From Malacoraja senta (Eukaryota): DNA of 64,000 nucleotides. The notes beneath the pieces were generated by a model. The model was not told where the DNA came from, did not search any database, and was given only the letters and a program-made list of their open reading frames with translations. Both the position numbers and the translations under genes were made by a program. The DNA lies in contig CM075998.1 of the NCBI GenBank assembly GCA_038087875.1, positions 1,738,001 to 1,802,000 of the forward strand. The letters are read 5' to 3'. This document shows positions 11,367-23,200 of this stretch, piece by piece; within the stretch, counting starts at the first letter, position 1, and every line of letters begins with the position of its first letter.

Positions 11367-12982
11367 AAGATCCCAGGATGGTCTGACACGCAGCCCATGT
11401 AAAATAGAATCTATCAATTTATCTCAACAGCAGGGACAGGGAGCACAACTGAAATACAAATGAGTTGATGCTTTAAAAAAAACAGGGGGCTGAATCGGGG
11501 ATCAGTGCTGTCTACTGACAGCTTTGTGCCAATCTTCAGATAACCGGTGAAAAGCATTCTCTTCAGATCCCACTGCCAACAGCTGTTGCAGTCATACGGG
11601 TTCCTCAAAATGCAACAGCATTTATAATGGGGAACAGTTAGTGGCTACGATGTCAAGAGTGTTTTATTGTCATTTGACCCAGATAGAACAATGACATTCT
11701 TACTTGCAGCAGCACAACAGAATATGTAAACACGGTACACTGTGAACAATATAATAAACGAGAGAGAAAAAAAGTTCAGTGTGTGTATGTATATATCTTA
11801 TTCTTCTTCTTCTTCTTAGGCCCCCTTCGGTCGTGGCTGACCATGGGTGTCTCTAGGGTGCTATTCCCTATATGGAGGACGCCTGTGCGTGACTTTGTTT
11901 AACGTGGGGAGACTGGTGCACAGACAGCCACCCCACGGTCCTTGTCAGATCTGGCTCAGGATCCAGTGGCATGGAGTCCAAGACGACTGGAGACCCTTTT
12001 CTGCTGCAGTCTTCATCCGCCTTCCCAGCCGTTGTGACGCTCCACTAAGGTCAGCTATCGTCCGCCGCCTGTTCCACCGTTGAGGTCTTGGTTGGATTGT
12101 TCTTTGTCGGGCAGGTGAGACTAGTGTAGATGGGACATGTTGGTCGGCATGAGTGGCTTTGGCCCAAGGGCCTGCTTCTGCGCTGTACAACTCTATGATT
12201 CTTGTGTGAATGAGTGATGGTCAGCACGGGCTCAGCAGGCTGAAGGGCCTGTTTCCGTGCTGTATGACTCTAAGAGGCTTCTCCTAACTCCTTACTGAAT
12301 TTCCAAGCAACATGGTTTGGATTCCCTCACACAAGGAAACATTTCTCCACAGCTACTCTTCCAAACCCCTACATAATTTTAAAGACTGCATCCTTGACTG
12401 GTGCCTGACTCCCCTGGGCTTTATTCTGTTCTGCTACTGCTCATCGTCACGATAATAGCATGGAGTAGAACATCCATAAGAAATACCTATCCAACTGTGC
12501 TACGAATTTCCATTATTTTTTTGTTTCTGTTATAGCTGAGTAACTTTTATGAGTCCACAGATTCATTTTTTTGTATGCCAACACAAGAAAACAGGGATTG
12601 AAGTGTACCATTAATATTAACATAAGCAGCACAGCATTATCAGATTCGAGAGCCTGGGGAAAAAAATTGCTTGCAGCCTGAAGCAAGCCAGCCTAATTAG
12701 TCATTCTGCTCTTTGTACCAAACTTTAATTGCAAAGATCTGCGGCTTTCCCTATCTGAGGGAAAGCAGGGAAAACCAGCAATGCGTGGGGCTTTAAAACC
12801 TCGTTGTCCAACTGCTTTTCTGGATGCCAAGTTATTGACTCTTGTTAAAAGGTTTATTTATCCAAATAGCAGAATAAAACATACTTGGAATGATGAAGTG
12901 CATGTATTGGTTGCGTGTGTAAATCAGTTCATTAGAAACTTAAATAGACGTCGACAAGAACAATTCCAGTTGTGATATTTTA

Positions 12983-13205
12983 AGGGTGGTGAATCTGTGG
13001 AACTCCTTGCCATAGACGGCTGTGGAGGACAAGTCAGTGGATATTTTTAAGGCAGAGATTGACGGATTCTTGATGCTATGGGTGTCAGGGGTTATGGGGA
13101 GAAGGCAGGAGAATGGGGATGTGAGGGAAAGATCGATCAGCCATGATTGAATGGCGGAGTAGACCTGATGGGCTGAATGGCCTCATTCTGCTCCTTGAAC
13201 TTATG
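12983..13205 (+). mobile_element. CR1 LINE 3' end
   Basis: agggtggtgaatctgtggaactc...ggttatggggagaaggcaggagaatgg...ctgaatggcc; related copies at 17240-17385, 21857-22040 (-), 31905-32050 (-) and 33868-34190. Confidence 0.85.
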
Positions 13206-13396
13206 AATTTATTTCATTGACTGAGATTTTCTTTAGTATTTGCTGACGACATTTAATTGGAAATGTGATCATTTCTTTGTGTCACTTGCACGTGGTGTCA
13301 TTCTGTGTTGTGACCAGTAGCAGCCTCCCACAATACCATCAACATTCCTATTAAAGAGATCGTCACTCAGCCCACCCTGACCAAGCCAACCTATTT

Positions 13397-13535
13397 CAGT
13401 CTGAAGAAGGGTCTCGACTCGAAACGTCACCCATTCCTTCTCTCCAGAGATGCTGCTTGTCCCGCTGAATTACCCCAATTTTTTTTGTGTTTAAACATCA
13501 GTATAAACCAGCATCTGCAGTTCCTTCCGACACAT
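13397..13535 (+). mobile_element. Penelope-like element terminal remnant with hammerhead-like core (13401-13428)
   Basis: CTGAAGA-A-GGGT-CTCG-ACTC-GAAAC-GTC followed by the family body and the ccagcatctgcagttccttcc end. Confidence 0.75.
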
Positions 13536-16500
13536 TCCTTCTGTCAGGTCTGCCCTGCAGTTTTCGTGGGGAAGACTGAACAGGAACAGAGGATAGAGTA
13601 GGGAGACTTACTTCAGACCCAATGGAACTGTTCCCATAATCTTTATTACTGCCGATTCATGGGTTTGGCCTTTGCTCGCCAACTTTGTAAATCTTATAAC
13701 GTTCTGACAGTCTGATTACGGGAGGATTTCATGAGTTGCTGGAAATATCTACATAAAAAGGTCAAATAAAAATCTATTTCTTTATCTGCTTCATCAATGT
13801 TAACAGTTTAAAGGTGACAGTGAATAATCTTGAGAGATGCTGATTGGTACTCCAATATTTTACCAGCATTTAGTGGATCTGAAAATCAATGTATTCCTCA
13901 TATTTGGCAATGAATAATATTAAACATTGCTGCACCAGTATATCAGTGCAGTTTCAAGATTCAATTATATCTCATGAAGAAACATTAGTATGCTGATAAG
14001 ATCCAGGGATAGCTCTGAGAGGAAAGCAGCCTGGAAAACCAGGAAATAGAGGGCATGCTCCAAGCAATGCTGAATTTGTTTCTGGACCAGTGCCAAGAGA
14101 GCAGAACCAGGTCAGTGGCAGCAACGAGGAGTAATATCACAACCGGGCTTCAGGGACTGCGATTCGATTTATGAGGTGAGGTTCAAGCACTGTTGTTTTT
14201 TGGTGCTTATCTTTGATATAACTTTCCTCTTCTGTCTGCCTCAATCCGTCGCCCACCTGCCTCCATCTTTCATCTCCACCCCTGCTCCCTCCCTCCCTCC
14301 CCGGCCCCATCTACCCGGCACCTTTCACCTCTCCATCACCTCACGTTCTGTCTCATGTCTCGCCCTTCCCCCCCCCCCCCCCCCTCTCTTCTTTACACTG
14401 GCAATCTCCACTCTCAGTCCTGATGCAGGGTTTTAACCTGAAATGTCAACCAATCTCCCCCCACCTACAGATACTGTTCAACCTGCTGGGTTCCTCCTCC
14501 AGCAGATTGTATGTTGCTGGCGATGCAGGAAATTTGAAACGAAAGCAGTAAATTCTGGAGTCACTCAGCAGGTCAGGCCGCAGCTGTGAAGAGAGAAACA
14601 GAGTTAACGTGTCGGTTTGAGATACGTGTAAACTCTGTTTCTCCCTTTGTAGATGTGGCCGCATCTGCAGCGTATCACCAAGCTTTTCTGTTACTATCTT
14701 GGAGCTACAGTATGTTGTCATTCTTTCGTTATTGCTCGGAATCCTGCCCACAAACGCCATCAGAGACACTTCACTTCAAGGATTGGAGCAGTTCAAGGAG
14801 AACCACAACTATCTCATGAGCAACGAGGGATGAACATAGAACAGGACGGCACATGGACAAGCCCTTCGGCCCGCATTGTCTGTGCTGAACATGATGCCAA
14901 GACCAACTCTGATCTGCCATGCTCATAATACTTATCCCTCCATTCCCTGCATATCCATACCTCTTAAATGCCACTGTTGTATCTGCCTCCACCACCACCC
15001 CCAGTGGCACGTTGCAGGCACTCGCCACCATCTGTGTAAAAAATACTTGCCCCGCACATCTCCTTTAAACTTTGCCCCTCACCTTAAAGCTACGCCCTCT
15101 TGTATTTGAAATGAAAAGTGAACTTTTCTCTTTACTTTATTCTACACCCATGTAAACTGTGACATTGCAGGATTTCTCCACTTCCTAGTCTTGCCACAAA
15201 CACAATTTGGAGGTAACAAACAACATGTATCTACAGTATATAGTATTTGAACTGAAGAGAAGTCAAATTTATTCAAAATTGGTACTTATAATGGTTTGAC
15301 CTCCTCGTCAAAACAAATGCAATCTCCGAAAGACAGAAAGACACAAGTTACTTAACTGTTCACTAAACGAGTATTGGTGAGCCTCGACAAGTGTAAGGGT
15401 TTAGATACAGAGTACTATATCTTGATAGCTGTGCGTGAACACATTGCAGAATACCTTGCAATTCATTAGAAGCTTCTGTCTGAGATGTAACCTTTGATCT
15501 CAGCATCCCTGGGATATGGGTGTGAATGTGAACCAGCAATCTAGCTGCTGGAGTTGCTGGTTTGTCTGCTGCATACGGCTGCTGTCTCAACGTCAGATGA
15601 TGGCTAGGGGCTCAGCTATAACATCGTTCTTGGCCAAATCATCAGCTGATAGCCAGTCTCTCAGTGGAGAATGGGTGCCTGGCAAGGATACCAAGAGGCC
15701 CCACCGACCTGTACCTTATCTTGCATTACGGGAGTTTTGAGAGGAATAGAAAAGAGAAATATTTGAAGGCAATGACAATCTGGTTGTAGTTAATCTTTTG
15801 TGCCACTTGCCTGTCCCTTGACTGCTAACTGAAGCCTTCATCTCCCAGACTAGGCTCGATCACCAAAAAGCACGGAGAGAATAATTGTTTTCCTCAATTA
15901 TTCTGGGCCTTTTTCTACTTTTTATGTTAGTTAACCCCAGAAGATTACAAGCACCCACAGCACTTAGGTAGTGCCTGAATTGTAATGAACAAGCCACCGG
16001 TACTGTGGGACAGTAGAAATGGATCCGTTTTTTAATATCATTTTTGTATCTTTAATACTTTAAATTCTGTTCAGTTACCACTGCCGAAATTAATATTCAT
16101 AGCTGTTACTATAACAAAATGCATAATTCTGACAGATCAGCCATGTGAATAAACGGAAGTTATTGTTCCCTGGTTTCAAATAGTCCTTCTCTTTCCTGGT
16201 GACCACACCTGGACTTCCGACCAATTCTTATAATCCAAATATTTGCCCGGTTTTACTCTTCTCTCTTTGTGTTCCTTGTTTTGTGAAACTTAATGGGGAT
16301 TATGTTGCGTTTTGTTGAAATAATTCAAATCACAGCCAGCTTGTTTGACAGGATCACCTGAAAATCCTGACTGCTTGTTGCTGGATTAATCTAAGTCGCA
16401 TAAAGACTTTAGTACACAGTAACATCATTATGAATTCCATTCAAATTGCTGTGAAATATTTGATTTGGAAGTTCAAAATTTCAGAATTTTGTCAAAACAA

Positions 16501-17507
16501 ATAGCACTCACTACTTTATTGCATATTATATACTGAAAGATCTTTGTTCCTTGCATTTGCATTGTCCAATTAAAGTAAAAAACACTGCAATGTGATCTAT
16601 ATTGAGTGTTTGATTTTCTTTAGAGGCTCAGCTCATTTTAGTTTATTGTCACGTGCACCTCGGTACGGTGAAAATCTTTTGTTGCTCGCTATCCAGTTAG
16701 CGGAAAGACAACACATGATTACAATCGAGCCATTTACAGTGTATAGATACATGATAAGGGAATAATGTTTAGTTCAAGGTAAAGCCAGCAAAGTCCGATC
16801 AAGGATTGTCCGATGGTCACCAATGAGGTAGTTAGTAGATCAGCGCTGCTTCATAAGGTGTAATGGGAAATGACCAGAGCTTGGTTGAAAGGAATTGCTT
16901 GAAGGGATGCCTTGGGGGGAAAAAAGGTAGAGGTGCTGACTTGTAGATAGTCTGCTGGATATTAGCAATGGTGGAATGATTTATCATCAATGATGCACGA
17001 AAGACCAGAATTGAAGGAGCACAGAGAACTCGGGAGTTGGAGTTTTGATGAAGGTTACGGAGGAAGGGTGGGGTAAGATTCTGGGCTTTGGCAGGATTTG
17101 TAAACAAGGATGAGAATTTTATAATCAAGACATTGCGTAACTGGAATCCAACAAGCACAGGGGTGATGGACAAAAGTGTTGATGTGAGATGGGACCTGGG
17201 CAGCAGAGCTTGGATGAGTTCAAGTTCAACTAATCAAGTACTTCTTGATTAGTACAGGTGTCGGAGGTTATGGGGAAAAGGCAGGAGAATGGGGTTAGTG
17301 AGGGAGAGATAGATCAGCCATGATTGAATGGCCGAGTAGACTTGATGGGCTGAATGGTCTAATTCTATTCCTTATGACCTTATAACTATTGATCAATGAT
17401 CAATGGGTTTGCAAAATTACGAATCCTTTTCTATTCCTGTATCTGCAGCTCTCCCACTAATCAATGTATTATAGCTGAAAGTTCTCCCTTTATCATTTTC
17501 TCTTCCG

Positions 17508-17808
17508 TTTAGTTTAGAGATACAGCGTGGAAACTGGCCCTTCGGCCCACCGTGTCCGCGCCAACCAGCAATCCCCACATATTAACACTATCCTACGCAC
17601 AAGGGCCAATTTGCAATTATTACCAAAGCCAATTAACCTACAAAACTGTACGTCTTTGGAGTGTGGGAGCAAACTGTAGCACCCGGAGAAAACTCACGAG
17701 GTCACAGGGAGAACGTACAAACTCCGTACAGACAGCACCCGTAGTGAGGTTCGAACCCAGGTCTCTGGCGCTGTGAGGCAGCAACTCTACCACTGCGCCA
17801 CCGTGCCG
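17508..17808 (-). mobile_element. tRNA-derived SINE, HE1/V-SINE-like, full length
   Basis: Minus-strand head ggcacggtggcgcagtggtagag (A box), ggttcgaacc (B box), central cccacactccaaagac domain and (aaact)n tail. Confidence 0.85.
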
Positions 17809-18664
17809 TCCTCTATTCTAGTTGTGGTAGGAAGTGGGATAGCTGGATAAATTGGGAATGTGGGAAGACGATGCAAAACAAATTAGCTTATAGAACGGAA
17901 AGGGTTTGGAGAGCGATTGATCTGTGTTCAAATTTCTTCCACTCTTTAAGAGCGAGGATGGATCATTGTTTCAGCAGCTCCGGTGTTGCCAGTGATGTAA
18001 GCTAACCTTTCAATCTCACAGCTTGTCCCATTAAACAGCGAGAACAAGCAGATGCAATTTTACTTCAGTGAACACCATCTCCCATCAATCCACCAGTCTG
18101 AAACCAATTATTAACAGTGGGAAGATGAATACAGTGTGGAAACAGGCCCTTTGTTTCTTGCCCACACCGGCCAACAATGTCCCAGCTACACTAGTCCCAC
18201 TTGCCTGCGCTTGGTTCATATCCCTCCAAACATGTCCGATCCATGTACCTATCTAATTTTAATAAAACTGACATCATGTAATGAGATTTTGTTTTTGCAA
18301 AGGCATGAGGTGTTTTTAATCATGTAAAGAATATCCAGTAATGTATTCTTAGCTAGGCTTTGTCTTAAAAAGTTCTTCAAAACCAAACAACAACTGAGGA
18401 AGAACAAACTCAATGTAGGGCATATGTTGGTGGGAGCGTGTATGGGAATGTTGGTGGGAGCGTGTGTGGGAAGGATCAGGAGGAAAGGAGCCTGGTGTAA
18501 GGGATGGAGTAACACTCCACTTCATCCCAGCCCACATGAAGCCCAAAGTAACGCTTTCACGTTTACCTTCTGTACGACTTCTAGCTCTCAACTGTTTTCT
18601 CTCCTGTCAATATGGCACGTTGGGTGTCATTGACATAACAGGATCTTGTCTGAAGAAAACTCTG

Positions 18665-18980
18665 AGACACAAGGAACTGCAGATGCTGATTCACAACCAA
18701 GTAACTCAGCGGGTCAGGCTGCATCTCTGGAGGACGTTGATTGACGATGGTTCGGGTGTGAAGAAGGGTCCCTGAACCGAAACGTCACCTATCCATGTTC
18801 TCCAGAGATGCTGCCTGACCCGCTGAGTTACTCCAGCAATCTGTGAAACGTCACCTATCCATGTTCTCCACAGATGCTGCCTGACCCACTGAGTTACTCC
18901 AGCACTCTGTGAAACGTCACCTATCCATGTTCTCCACAGATGCTGCCTGACCCGCTGAGTTACTCTAGCACTTTGTGTCT
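18665..18980. repeat. Inverted Penelope-like remnant followed by 3 tandem copies of a 66-bp unit
   Basis: Units start at 18779, 18845 and 18911 (gaaacgtcacctatccatgttctcc...ctgt); an inverted arm lies at ~18665-18757. Confidence 0.9.
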
Positions 18981-19995
18981 TTTTTTTCTGAAGAAAACTT
19001 GGATTAAAAGTCAATATTTATGGAATGTGGATATCGCTATTGCATTTATTGCCCTTGAAAAGATGTGGGAATGTTTTTTCTTGAACCACTGCAGTCCTTA
19101 TAGTGACATTTCTTCCATTGTGCTCCTAGATAAGGAATTCCTTGATTTAGGTCCAGCAACAATAGGACAGCGATATCATTTTGTCAGTAAAGTGTGTGAC
19201 TAAGAGTGGCTTGCAGTTGTGGTTCTCCCATGAGCATCTATCCTTGTCTCCTGTGGTGGTAGAGGCCACAGCTATGGGAGAGTTTCTGGAGGAACCTTGG
19301 CAAATTGCATCACTGCATTGTGTGTCTGTTGCAGTGGTGCATGCTGCAGGTGCTGCCTGAATGTTGCTGAGATCACATTGCTTGCTGGTGTGGGCTGCTT
19401 CATTACCTGATTTGCTGACTTTACCTTGCACTAAATGTCATTCCCTGATCATGTATCTATACAGTATAAATGGCTCGATTATAATCATGTCTTTCTGCTG
19501 ACTGGATAGTAAGCAACAAAAGCTTCTCAATGTACCTCAGTTCACGTGGCAATACACTAATCTGAACTAAACCTAGATGCAAGAAAAAATGCAGGAAGAA
19601 ACTTTCCAGAGTCGTCTTGCAAATGTCTTGAAGAAAAGACAAAGTACAAAGTTGATTCAGACGTGCTTGACTGAAATGCAATGTACGTATCCCGTTGGTT
19701 GTAGACGACTTGAGTTTCACAGAGGGAGCACAGCTGACTGACAATGTAACGAATTGAACAATGTCTGTGATCAATACATGTGTGTCATGGAGTGCCATGT
19801 CAGGTAATGGATCACAGTGTTGAGCTCGGCATTCTGATACGTTTTTAAAATAACAGATTTGTTCACATTACAAGCAACCTTGGTTATCCTTAAAGCAGAA
19901 ACCTAGTCAGGAAGTAGCCTCCACAGATGCTACAATAGTATGTTGCCAATAGATGCAGCCTGTTAATAGCAGGCAGTTTTTTAAAAAGCCTCTTC

Positions 19996-20250
19996 GGCAC
20001 AGTATTGCAGCGGTAGAGTTGCTGCCGCTCAGTGCCAGGGACCCGCCGCCGCTATGGGTGCTGTCTATACGGAGTTTGTACGTTCTCCCTGTGACTGTGT
20101 GGGTCTTCTCTGGGCACACCAGGTTTCTCCCACACTCCAAAGACGTACAGGTTTGTTGGCTTTATAGGACAGAGTTAGTGTACGGGGTGATCGCTGGTTG
20201 GTGCGGGTTCGGTGGGCCGAAGGGGTTGTTTCCATGTTGTATGTCTAAAG
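19996..20250 (+). mobile_element. HE1-like SINE (internally deleted)
   Basis: Matches the reverse complement of 17508-17808. Confidence 0.8.
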
Positions 20251-23200
20251 TCTACGTTCAGGAGATTCTGTTTCTAAACAAGCAACGATGCTAAGTTAAA
20301 GTTTGCAATATTAACTACTATTTGCTACTTAGATTAATAAAAAACCGTGTGAGGAAACAAATGCTGGATCACAAACAGAAAAGGCAAGGTAACAAAAAGT
20401 TAGAAATGTGTTCAAGTGGGGTGCAAAACCTCAACTACTTGGCCCTCTGTAAATTGTCCCTAGTGTGTAGGGAGTGGATGAGAAAGTGGAATAACATAGA
20501 ACTAGTGTGAATGGGTAATTGATGGTCGGCATGGACTCGGTGGGCCGAAGGGCCTGTTTGCATGCTGTATGTTTCAATCAAATGAGATGAGCTACAGCTG
20601 GAAGGGACTGAGGACTGAGAGATTGTTACCGCAGATTTTGAAACTCGTTGGAAAAGGGGCAGAGAAATCAAATACGTCCAAAGTTTACGAAGGTGGGCTT
20701 ATTATTGCATTCATTCTTGGAGGCTGAACGTAACATTTGAATATGCCGTTAAAATCAGTGGTTGTGAAATCAGTGGTTGTGACTTTATGCAGACATTGTA
20801 GCATAAATTCAAGGAGTGAGGTTAACCAGAGGAGGACTCCATGCTCCAGGGAATCTATGACTGTTTTACTCCCATCCGGGAATGAGTCAAACGCAGGCCT
20901 TTGTGCATTATAAAACCCACAAGGCACCAGTTTCATCACGGACCTTGCGTAAATGCAGCCAGGACTTATTAAAGCCGTCATTTACAACACCTCTGAGAAT
21001 TTCTACACACTCAGTGAATGTATAATTAGATGGGTTACTGCTAAAGTGCCTCAGAACAGTTTTGTCCAAAAGATTAGCCTCTGGACATAGGTAACTGATT
21101 GGGAATCCCGATGTGGCAGTTTTCATTAAGAGAGAAATTGAGCAATGGACACCTTGGTGGGCCTGTGACCTTTTCTTGTATCTATCAAATGGAAAATGTA
21201 ATCAGAATTTTGATGAGGTGAATGTGGGACCTGCAGGCTCCACAGTAAGTGGGGCAGGACGTCCTCGGGAGGGGGGGGGGGGGGCAGTCTGGGAGGTGGG
21301 AGTCTCTGTCTGATGTTTACTGTGGCCTTCAGTGTGTTCCCTACAAATGTGCTCTGAAGGGGTTCTCAATGCCATCCTGAATACTCCAGCACTTTGTGGC
21401 CCTTTCTGCATTGGAAGAAGACTAGAAGAAGCATCCTTCAGCGAGCGTCACTCTATTATTATCGAATCATTGATCACATTTGCCCTCTGCAGGAGGATGG
21501 GGCGACAGTAAGACTGTTTGACGCAGCTCGAAAGAGCTTTGGTGCGACCGGACCAGGAGTGCTGAGCAGTTTTGGTCTGTTTAGTGAAGAAGGAAGGATG
21601 TATTTTGCCTTTGAGGCAGCACAGCGAAGTTTAACCAGATTGCTTCCTGGGGTGAGAGGGCTGTTTCAAGAGAAGAGATTGTACAGAGGGAGGAGACTGT
21701 GTGGAAGTTGACATTACCTGGACTTTGGAAAACTGAGAGATGTTCTTGTTGGGACATGCATGATCCTTGGGTGTACTGGCCAGGGTGAATGCTGAGAGAA
21801 CGGACCATCTGATGGGGAATCTGGGACCAGAGGGCACAACCCCAGGGTAAGGATTTCATAAGATCCTAAGAGGTAGGAGCTGAATTAGGCCATTCGGCCC
21901 ATCAAGTCTACTCTGCTATTCAATCATGGCTGAACTATCTCTCCCTCCTAACCCCCATTCTCCTGCCTTCCCCCATAACCCCCGACACCCGTATTAATCA
22001 AGAATTCATCTATCTCTGCCTTAAAAATATCCACTGACTTGTCGATTTAAGACTGAGACAAGGGGGAACGTTTTCTCTCAAGCTATGAATTTCTGGGATG
22101 TTCTACCCCAGAGAGCTGTGGATTCTGGGTCATTCAGTATTGTCAAGGGTTCTATTGACAACTTGTTCTATTTGATCTTGTGCAATTTGATTGTGCACGT
22201 CGGGTTGATTGCATTTGTCGAAACAGGGCAGACCACGTGAAGGTTGCAATCTCCCACCCCCTCAAGGGTGAGATCTGTAGATGTTTTGACGACAAGTAAA
22301 TCAAGGGTTCTTTAGGCCATACGCAAGAAGAAGAAGAACCCTTGACAAACCTTTCTTCTAGACCTCGAAGTTTCCTTTCTATTTTATTACCCCAATTAAT
22401 CTGTGTGTCTATAAACTGGTGACGTCAATAAATAGAGACAGAGACAGAGGGGGGGGGGGGGGGGTTTGGAGGGGGGAAGAATATGATATAGTGTTGAATT
22501 TAGCCAGGCAGGGGTTAATTCGCTGCAATAGCTGAATGTTGCTCAACAAAGCCTGAGGGCTGATCTATCCATTTGAAGTTTTTATTGATTCTTTTGGACA
22601 AACGCTGCAAGGCCTCAGGGTCAGTATATAATTAAAGGGAGAATACACTAGGATCTTTCTGAGACTTTGAAGTATTGCACAGCCTGGGTTTTGGCAAAAC
22701 CTTTTCAAATCTAAGCACAATTGGAATAGGTGACACTGGGATGCACAACATGTATACAAGGGAGATGACTGTTGGAGCAGGTAGGAAAATGTAGCACTTG
22801 AACGCTGTTTGTTTAACAGGAGGCAAATGGCAGGTTTTTGCACAGGGTGGGCTTAGGTTCAGATGGAATGAGCCTGCAGGAGTTTTAATAGTTCTGTACG
22901 ATGCCATCCGGTCCATCATCGAAAAGACAGCGGACAAGATGAGGGACCAGAGCCAACTGCTGGCACAGAGTAGAAACTATCCCCAAAAATTCGCTCCAAG
23001 CAAAAGGACATTCAAACAAGACGACAGAAAGTAAGAATTTACTATAAGGAATGGTAGCTTTATTGGACAGGTTGGTCATATACACATAACAGGAATTCAT
23101 GTTCAACTAAAATATTTTGAGCTACATAGAAATATTTTTTTGGTAAGAAAACAAATTTGCAAAGAACAAAAGGACCATAAAATTATTGAAATATCAAAAT

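Noticed and set aside
17740..17808. tRNA gene-like A/B boxes (also at other SINE heads)
   Set aside because: They are the heads of multi-copy SINEs and continue into a SINE body and tail; no complete cloverleaf is evident.
20883..21510. AP-1 site, TATAAAA (20909-20915) and a 15-nt ATG-containing micro-exon (21493-21507) as the start of a plus-strand gene
   Set aside because: Joining it to the candidate downstream exons at 22820 or 22846 gives early stops, and such short motifs are expected by chance.
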